Shown here piece by piece: positions 50,271-64,000 of a DNA stretch of 64,000 nucleotides (position 1 is the stretch's first letter; each line of letters opens with the position of its first letter). This stretch comes from Vitrella brassicaformis CCMP3155. Its lineage: Eukaryota; Protista; Chromerida. The position numbers were made by a program, and so were the translations under genes. The notes below the pieces were generated by a model. That model saw only the letters and a list, made by a program, of their open reading frames with translations, was not told the DNA's origin and did no database searches. The stretch lies in assembly GCA_001179505.1 (NCBI GenBank), contig CDMY01000069.1, forward strand, positions 1-64,000, in the 5' to 3' direction.

Positions 50271-50548
50271 CACTCGAGCCATTCACGCCCGACCACGAAC
50301 AACCCAGAAGCGGAGAAGACAAGTTCTCCGGATTGCGAGCTCAGAGTCCAGTGACCAGTGAACCCTAGTCCCACAAACCCCACTGAAACTCTCCTGCATT
50401 TCACTTCTTGCACTACTTCGCCTTCCTGTCTCTCTCTCCTCCTTCCGGCAACTTCCCCGGTTCACCTCTGCCTTGCAGTCACTTCGCTTGCCTCTTGCAG
50501 CTTTCTTTGATAGCATTCCCTCTTTGATAGCACTCCCTCGTTGACGAG

Positions 50549-51023
50549 ATGGCCTTCGTCGCTCCGATGCTCCTGTGGACGACCCACAACGTCGGCAACT
50601 TCATTCAGAACGTCCGTGGCGAGAAGACGACGGACAAGCAGAAGAAGGTGCACGAGAAGCTCGAGAAGGAGGCATCGGGCTTGTCGGGCAAGCTGGACGG
50701 CCACACCAAACGCGCCTACTCGGTCGCTGCGCGGCTGATGACAGGCGACGGCCACCTGGAGAGGTGAGCAGGGCCACACAGTCATGGGATGCACTGGGGC
50801 AGGAGAAAGGAGGGGCTTACTCATGTGCGATGCCGTGTCTCTGTCTGGTGTTTGATGTGACTGCAGGATGTCTGAGGCCCGGCTGCAGCGTGCGTTGAAG
50901 TACAACAGCATCTACCACTCGATGGGCCACGCCGTGGTGGCCAAGCGCGAGAAGAAGCTCAAGGACCCCAACTTCAAACCCGCCACCGGCGGCCTCTTCG
51001 GCGAGGTCCAGCGGGGCGCGTAG
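50549..51023 (+). CDS. Small basic hypothetical protein (about 120 aa, 2 exons)
   Basis: MAFVAPMLLWTTHNVGNFIQNVRGEK...GHLER|MSEARLQRALKYNSIYHSMGHAVVAKREKKLKDPNFKPATGGLFGEVQRGA*. The GT-AG junction is in frame and third codon positions are strongly G/C. Confidence 0.75.
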
Positions 51024-52781
51024 ACACTCATACCGGAGCCACCACACACCGGTGAGATAGACAACACCACACGCACACACAGGGGGTGGGCGGGTGGGGT
51101 GGATACAAAGCTCACCTGTTGTCATGTGTGTGGTGTGGTGTGGTGTGTGTCAGGTGGTGTCATTTCCTTTTCGTCGTGCCGTCCCTTTTTTCGCCGACCG
51201 ACCAGCATAGCATCTGTGCACAAAACTCTGTGTGTGGCCGACTGACTGACCGACTCATGTATGCGTGTCTGGCTGTCTGCGTACATTCATGACGGACGGG
51301 GGTCAATTTTGGGGGCCGCGTTTTGCCGATCCAGCAACAGAACACCTAGACCAAGTGTGTGGGTGGTGCTGTGCACGCCCCCTACACAGGCAGTGTGCTA
51401 CATGCGTGTGTGATTCGCGTCGGTGTGTGTGGGGAAGGGGAAAGGGGAGAGCAGTGCATGTGTGTGTGGTGTAGGTAAAGGTGAGGGGATGCATGTGGTG
51501 CCAGGGGCGGTTTGGGCTGCAAAACAGACGTTTGGATAGCCAGCCGCCCAGTGTGCTCACATGACATGCCCCGGGGATCACACCGCGACAGACGGCTGGT
51601 TGAGTGCAGCGAGGAAGGAAGGACTCTGTAGAAGTGTCACGAGTGTGCTCACTATCCATGGAGTGCCTCCCCTCTGTGTGGCTGACTGACTCGTCTGTAT
51701 CTCTATGTCAAGTGTCCTTGAATCGTGATGCTCATGGTTTGTCTGGCTGTCTGCCTGCCTGCCTGCCTGACCGAGGGTCTGTGGATGTGTGGTGTGCCAA
51801 GCACGCCACCTATTTCCTACTGGAACCTGCGGACACCTTCTGTGCGCGCGCGAGTGGTGTGTGTGGCTGTGCATCATGGCCATCGTTGCATGAGGTGTAT
51901 GTGGACGAGAGTGAGCTCGCTGGTAGCTGCTGCGTTGCGATGTGTGGCTGGTGTGTGGATATCTGTACGTAGACATACATGCATATACATACATAAATAC
52001 GTATGTGTGTCCTGTACACACGTGTGGTGCGGCGTTGATGGGGAGGGCAGGGGAGACTGATAGTCCTGACGTGCTCACCTTCGTATTAATTAAAGCACCT
52101 TCCTACGTAAGTAATTCGCTGCCCCATTGAGGGAGGCTATGATTGATGCACACAAGCCACACCAACGCAACACTCGCGGATGTGACAGCGCCAGTGAATT
52201 CACCTGATGCCACATGTCTCATGTCTCCCACTCGCTGTGCCTCCCCAATCAGGCGGCCAAACGTTTGTTCATTGCCACCAGCTGATTCCTCAAGCAACCC
52301 AGAGAAGTTTGAATCCAGTCCAAACCACCCCACTCAGGCAGGGGGGAAGCGGGGCAAATCAAATCCATCAGGCAGACAGAGACAGGCAGGCAGAACAGAT
52401 CATTACTCGTACGTACGTACCTATAGGTATATCTATCTATATGTGTCTGTCTATCTATATGTACGAACTGCATTGATTGCATTCACGCCCACGGCCACGC
52501 ATCCCATGCATCCGGCATGCCTTCGATGCATGTCTCAACCGCGCACACACGTGTATTGTACGCCAGACAGAGACGAGACACGGACTGCATGCGAGCAGTA
52601 CGACACTCTCAGGTATGCATGAATAAGACCATGACAAAATGCGTAAGACAAGATAGACGTACGTACGTTACGGAGAAGCGTCCCTCCCTCGCCTACACCC
52701 ACCCCCCCCACCCACGCCTTGCTCCCTCACTCCCTCCGTCCCTCAAGGTGGGTGGGTTGCCTGTCTGTCTTTCCATCTAAT

Positions 52782-59262
<6,481 letters not shown>

Positions 59263-60054
59263 GGGCGTGAGTGTGTATCCTTCCTGTAGCGATAGATGAG
59301 ATCAGCGATGACAGACAGTATCACTAAGATACTCCCTTCCTTTCAGGCCCTTCAACAGAGACGGCCGCCGCCTCAGGGACAGGGGGCCACCTGCACCCAG
59401 ACAGACACACGCACAGGCAGACAATGAGATCAAGCTGAGCTCTGCTGCTGTCTCCCCATGCACATGAAGAGAAAGAAAGGCTACCCATCGGATTCCCCAA
59501 GGTAAAAACACGCCTCCCTGGGGACAAGGAATAGCATTACTCCTCTCTCACACATCATTCCATCCCCTCAGCAAAGCCTCAGCTAGCCCCAGCTCCTCTC
59601 CTAAGTACGGTGACTCCAAACAACTCCAGTGCACCCCTGCCCCATCGTCTCACCAACCTGTTGCCACACACCGCTTGTTGCCACACCGAAAGGCCGTTCG
59701 TCCCTTCGTCCTCGGCGAAAAAGGGACGGCGCGGGAGCTAGCGAAGACTAGTCCACGAAGGGACGATTCGGAGAAGACGATTGCGATGCGAAACGCTATA
59801 CAGACGTCGAAGAAGCAAGGGGACCTGCATGCATGCAGTGGGCCGGTGCAGCGCCCCCACCTCCCCCTTCCCCCCAATGCCCGCCACACGACCAGGGCGC
59901 GTTCAAAGGCCGGCGTAAGACCTTTTGCTTGAGGACCGGGCATGCTTTGCACTGTTAAGGTGGACCGGCAGCTGACAGCGGCCACCACGACCGTCAACTG
60001 AAGCTTGGCCGACAGCGCTCAACCCCATACGGCCATCTACTGAGGTTCTGCGGA

Positions 60055-62103
60055 ATGGAGGCGTCGGGAGGTGTGCGGAAATTTCCGCGGCCCGGCACCC
60101 CTCATGGCGACATTCTGTCAAAGAGCCTCTCCCGGCGCTCCCTCAGGGCACCACTCGCGAGTTTGAAATGCAGTCAGAGTCGGCAGGAGCAGAACTACAC
60201 CACCCTGCGGCCACCTCTGACTGAGCGTGAGAATCTTGGATTGTTTGCACGGAATACCGCCAGCGTTGGGCCGAAAGGGACCGTGACGGCGCGGCGCTGC
60301 ATTCCATCCAAGTCCACTGCAACGCTGCCGGCCAACAGGCTCAAGCTGAGGCCACCTGTTACTCTCGAGCAGGGCGAGGCAGTGATGTCGCCATTTCCAC
60401 CAAGTAAGTAACAATTCTGGTGGGATTATCATCGACTGTGTGCGGCTGCAGCAATTCAGTTTGGGAGCCGGACGCCGAGGGGCGAGGAGTTGCCGGTGGC
60501 GCCCTTGCTGACCAGGCAGCCGATGGATGACAAGGTGGAGAGCATGCAGATAGGCACTATGAGATTCGCCGATAGCATCGGCCAGACCAACATGATGGCG
60601 TCGGCCTACCTGCCGCAAGTGTTCTACCGGACAGAGCACTCTGAGGCCAACACACTGCGAGAGCGATCGGTGGGACCGCTGCTGAAGGGGGTCTACACAC
60701 ACAGCAACTTCGATTATCGCGGGAGGTATTTGCAATGCAACCAACATTCGTGGCGGATTGATGTCTGTCTCATTTGTCCATTCGTCCCGTTCCATCCAGA
60801 GCGGGAGTTGGGATGACTGATTATGATGATAGAATGGGCGTCAACTTTCGCAATCAGACAGTACGTAAGAGGGCGTCCAGTCCAGGCACATGTGGAAAGC
60901 ACAGAGAGACGTCTATGCCTCCCTCGTAGGTGTCGCCCAACTCGCACGAGTACAGCGATTACGACAAAGGCCTGCGTGTGTACACCCCCAAGGTCGTCTC
61001 GCCTCGTGAGAAGCTGCTGCCGCCTCCATACACCAGGCCATACACAACGCAGCCGTTATACCGAGGCGGGTACGATGAGATCAGCAGGGCAGAGGCGCCC
61101 CTGGCGGGTGCGAGCACGGGCCGATACTACGGATACAGCGGGGGGAGGGGCATCGATGCCTATCAAACTGGCACTGCTGCTGATGGTTCTGCCATCCGCC
61201 AAGACGCAGCACAGTGTGTGCATCCATTTGTCTGTCTGTCTGTCTGCCTGTGTACATGCAGCTTCAGTGGGCTTTGTTGAGCGTCCTGCTGTTGGTGTGC
61301 CTTTTCCACTGCCGATGCGCGAAGGCCAGGCCATTGCTGTGGGAGAGCTGTACGGGCCACCTGACCGACTGGGTACGAGACATTGATCCACATGTCTCTC
61401 AGCCTCACGGTCTCTCGTTCCTTGTCAGTGTGGGGCGGCCCAAGTGAGTCATCCCGTGTGTCCATGCCATTCGGTTCCGTTGCCAATCGCCCAGGGGCCC
61501 ACATGCTGCCTGCTGGCGTCACATGGACGAGAAGAGAGGGCGTTTGGAGGCCCACACCGAGCCAGAAAGGTGCCAGGGTGGCCCCCACGTCTGCTCAGGG
61601 ATACCTGGATGACGTCGTGCAAGCCACTCGCAGGACATATTACGGCACTCCTGCAGTGCCTGACACGAGCGGCTTGGTGGCCCCGACACCTATTGACCCC
61701 CCAAACCCGACATACAGACTCAGGGGCGTGCCAGAGACCACACGGTACGGTGGGTAGACGAGAGAGAACGACACTGCTTCACATGTGCTTCTGGTCCTTA
61801 TCCATCCATCGACGTATCATACATTGGTCACACAGGCGCATCCGCAAGTTTGCGTCTCTGGCGCGGTTCCCTCCCCCTCCGCATGGTGGAGCCAATTTGG
61901 GAACACTCATCTGCGGAGAGGACCTGCCCGACGACCTGTTCGGGCCGAGACAGCAGAGGAGACAGGTGAGTGAGGGTACGTCCAGGGAAGAGGCACGTCG
62001 TATGCATCCCTGGTTGGTTGACTCTCTGTCTCTGTCCTTGCTTGGTGGTGTCAGTATCCTGACACCAGGCCGTTCCACCTCTAGCAAAAGCCCACACGGC
62101 TAA
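60055..62103 (+). CDS. Hypothetical Pro/Tyr/Thr/Arg/Gly-rich protein, multi-exon
   Basis: In-frame junction CCA A|CA ATT CAG joins ORF 60055 to 60490. Further exons at 60930-61210, 61260-61372, 61383-61750 and 61830-61965. No family recognised. Confidence 0.6.
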
Positions 62104-62638
62104 GCCTGCCTGCCTGCCTCCCTATGTGTTTGGCGAAACGTCGGTCTGTGTCATTGGTCCGTGACTGCCATGATTTCATCATGTGTGACTGAGCCTTTAG
62201 GCCTTCGGACTTCGGATCTGCACCGATATGTGTGTGTCAGTCAGCAAACATAAAGAAGCTGTTGATTGTTGGGGAAATGATGTGTCGGCCCGCAGATGGA
62301 TAACCTGGCTGTGCCCTAATTGGTTTCTCAACATTGATCATGAGTGCCAGCGTTGCGGCACTCCATGAATGTCACTCAGGCACTTCACTAGGCACGTGAG
62401 CCTCCAGGGATGTTCCGAATTGGCGAAAGGGGGAAGGGGAGTTGGATCGAGTGAGGATCGAGTGGCTGTTTTTCTCCAACCCGGCAAATTCGTTTCGCGA
62501 TTTCTTCGCATCAAGGTGTCGTCAGTGTAGGCAGACAGCCACTGGGCCAGAGAAACGAGCCAAAGGATGGCGAGATCCTTGGTGCGAGCTTGAGTGCCAG
62601 GCTGCACGGAAAGTCACCTCTTTCTCTGGCCTGGCGCA

Positions 62639-64000
62639 ATGGAGAGGCGTTGTGGAAGGTGGTTGCACACCTCAGCGAACCGAAAAAGCGTCGCCGCTGC
62701 TGGAAGTGAGCAGATCTGAGCATTCGGACGTGTCTATCTGGCGTGTGGCTGTGTTGGCAGCGTCCACCGGTGTTTCGTCGTGGCGGCTGAGACGGTTCTA
62801 TCACAAAGTCGACGTACGGCAGGCCAGGGAGCAGCCTGCTGCACACGGCGGCGAGTGGGAGGTGCTACTCGACGGACGAGTGCTCAAGACGCCCGCCAAG
62901 AGGTCATGCAGTGACTGACCAACCAACACGTGCTGACACACACGCTGCCACAGACATCTCATGTACGCCGTGCAGGCCTCTTCGGTTGCCCAGTGAGTCT
63001 CTGGCGCTGTTTCTGGCGTCTGAGTGGCAGGCACAGAGGGACAAAATCACACCACAGCTCATGCCGATGGTGGGTGAGTGGCGAACCGAACCGAACCCAC
63101 AGCATACACACATTACATACATGCGAGAATTGACTCACATGCGTCCCTATGTATGTGGGTGTGCGCCGCGCCTGTGCCTGTTCCGTTGATGCATGGCATG
63201 GCAGATGACTTTGGCATCGACTACGTTGGATGTGGTGTCGTCCCACCGCGAGTCGACGGCTCAGGCGCTCCTCAACTACCTTCACACCGACACCGTCTGG
63301 TGGGTGGGTGCGGGGACGGGGGCAGATACACACATAGAGCCTGGCCTGTGTGTGATGCGTGGCTGGCTGCTTTCATGGTCAGCTTTCGCGACTCGGACGA
63401 GGATCTCGTTAGGCGCCAGGAGGCCGTCCGTACAGAGCACGCAAACGCCGACCTGTTGTTTGCCTTGCCACCCATTGATTTGACTGACACATCACATCGA
63501 ATTATGTGTCTATGTGTCTTCTGTGTGTGTTGACTCACTCGTAGTTATTGCTGCCAGTCCAGCGTGCTTTCGAGGAGCGTTACTGCCCCCACACGGCACT
63601 CGACATCTCACACGGTACGCCACGCTCACAATAGATTGATTGATGTATGAATGGGTACGGTAGGTACACGGGTCGTGTCGTGTCGTGTTGTCTGTGCAGA
63701 CATAAGGCCACCCACCCAGCCGCCTGAGGTCTTTGCGGCCGTATCAGACGCCATGCGCAACATGGTAACCGACCGACTTACTGGGTGAAGAACAGCCAGC
63801 CGACAATTCATTAGTGACCGACACACACACATGGGTGTTTTTATGTCTGTAGAGTGCGTGGGACCTGACGGCCCTGCAGGTCGTCACCATGAACCTCAAG
63901 AGCCTCATACTAGGTAGGTGCGGAGGGCAGACAGCAGGCAAGCAATGGGACAGGGAGGATGGGTCGATTAGTAAAGGAAGGAGCATGATGGATCATGAGG
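62639..64000 (+). CDS. ATP12: ATP12/ATPAF2 mitochondrial F1-ATPase assembly chaperone (3' end beyond the window)
   Basis: RRFYHKVDV...WEVLLDGRVLKTPAKR|PLRLPSESLALFLASEWQAQRDKITPQLMP.|MTLASTTLD...LLNYLHTDTV are ATP12 hallmarks. The Arg-rich exon 1 from ATG 62639 (MERRCGRWLHTSANRKS) splices in phase 1 and resembles a mitochondrial presequence. Confidence 0.9.

Noticed and set aside
59302-59997. Additional upstream exons of the TTLL gene
   Set aside because: No in-frame splice path to 59262 could be established by eye; unresolved rather than excluded.
62442-62638. Longer N-terminus of ATP12 as given in the ORF track
   Set aside because: That frame has no ATG; a spliced presequence-like exon from ATG 62639 fits better.

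Overview
Eukaryotic, GC-rich, intron-dense genomic DNA. The short GT-AG introns are packed with (CA)n, (GACA)n, (CATC)n, (GACT)n and (GGCA)n microsatellites; this style suggests an alveolate such as the chromerid Vitrella (inference, not tested). Genes were rebuilt by hand-splicing the ORF track, so boundaries are approximate. In order: exosome subunit RRP42; a divergent CDK-like kinase head-to-head with a divergent cyclin (86 bp between ATGs, with a central palindrome); an F-box-like protein; a truncated CAND1-like gene; a 3xCCCH protein head-to-head with a PP2C; a coiled-coil gene with tandem exon duplications; an SFI1-repeat centrin-binding protein; a BC-box/Cul2-box LRR protein; a Cys/His-finger protein; a small unknown protein; a TTLL4/5-like glutamylase; a Pro/Tyr-rich unknown protein; and ATP12 (runs off the end). 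Positions 10.8-12.3 kb and 22-33 kb are a mosaic of a multi-copy exon module (encoding an NLS-like EGPPT[KR]RLRL peptide) joined to fragments of other genes, including the neighbouring SFI1 gene; at least one junction splices in frame. The two best candidates for an undescribed system are the co-divergent CDK-cyclin pair and this local exon-shuffling zone. There are two 300-N assembly gaps. No rRNA, tRNA, CRISPR array or autonomous transposon was recognised.
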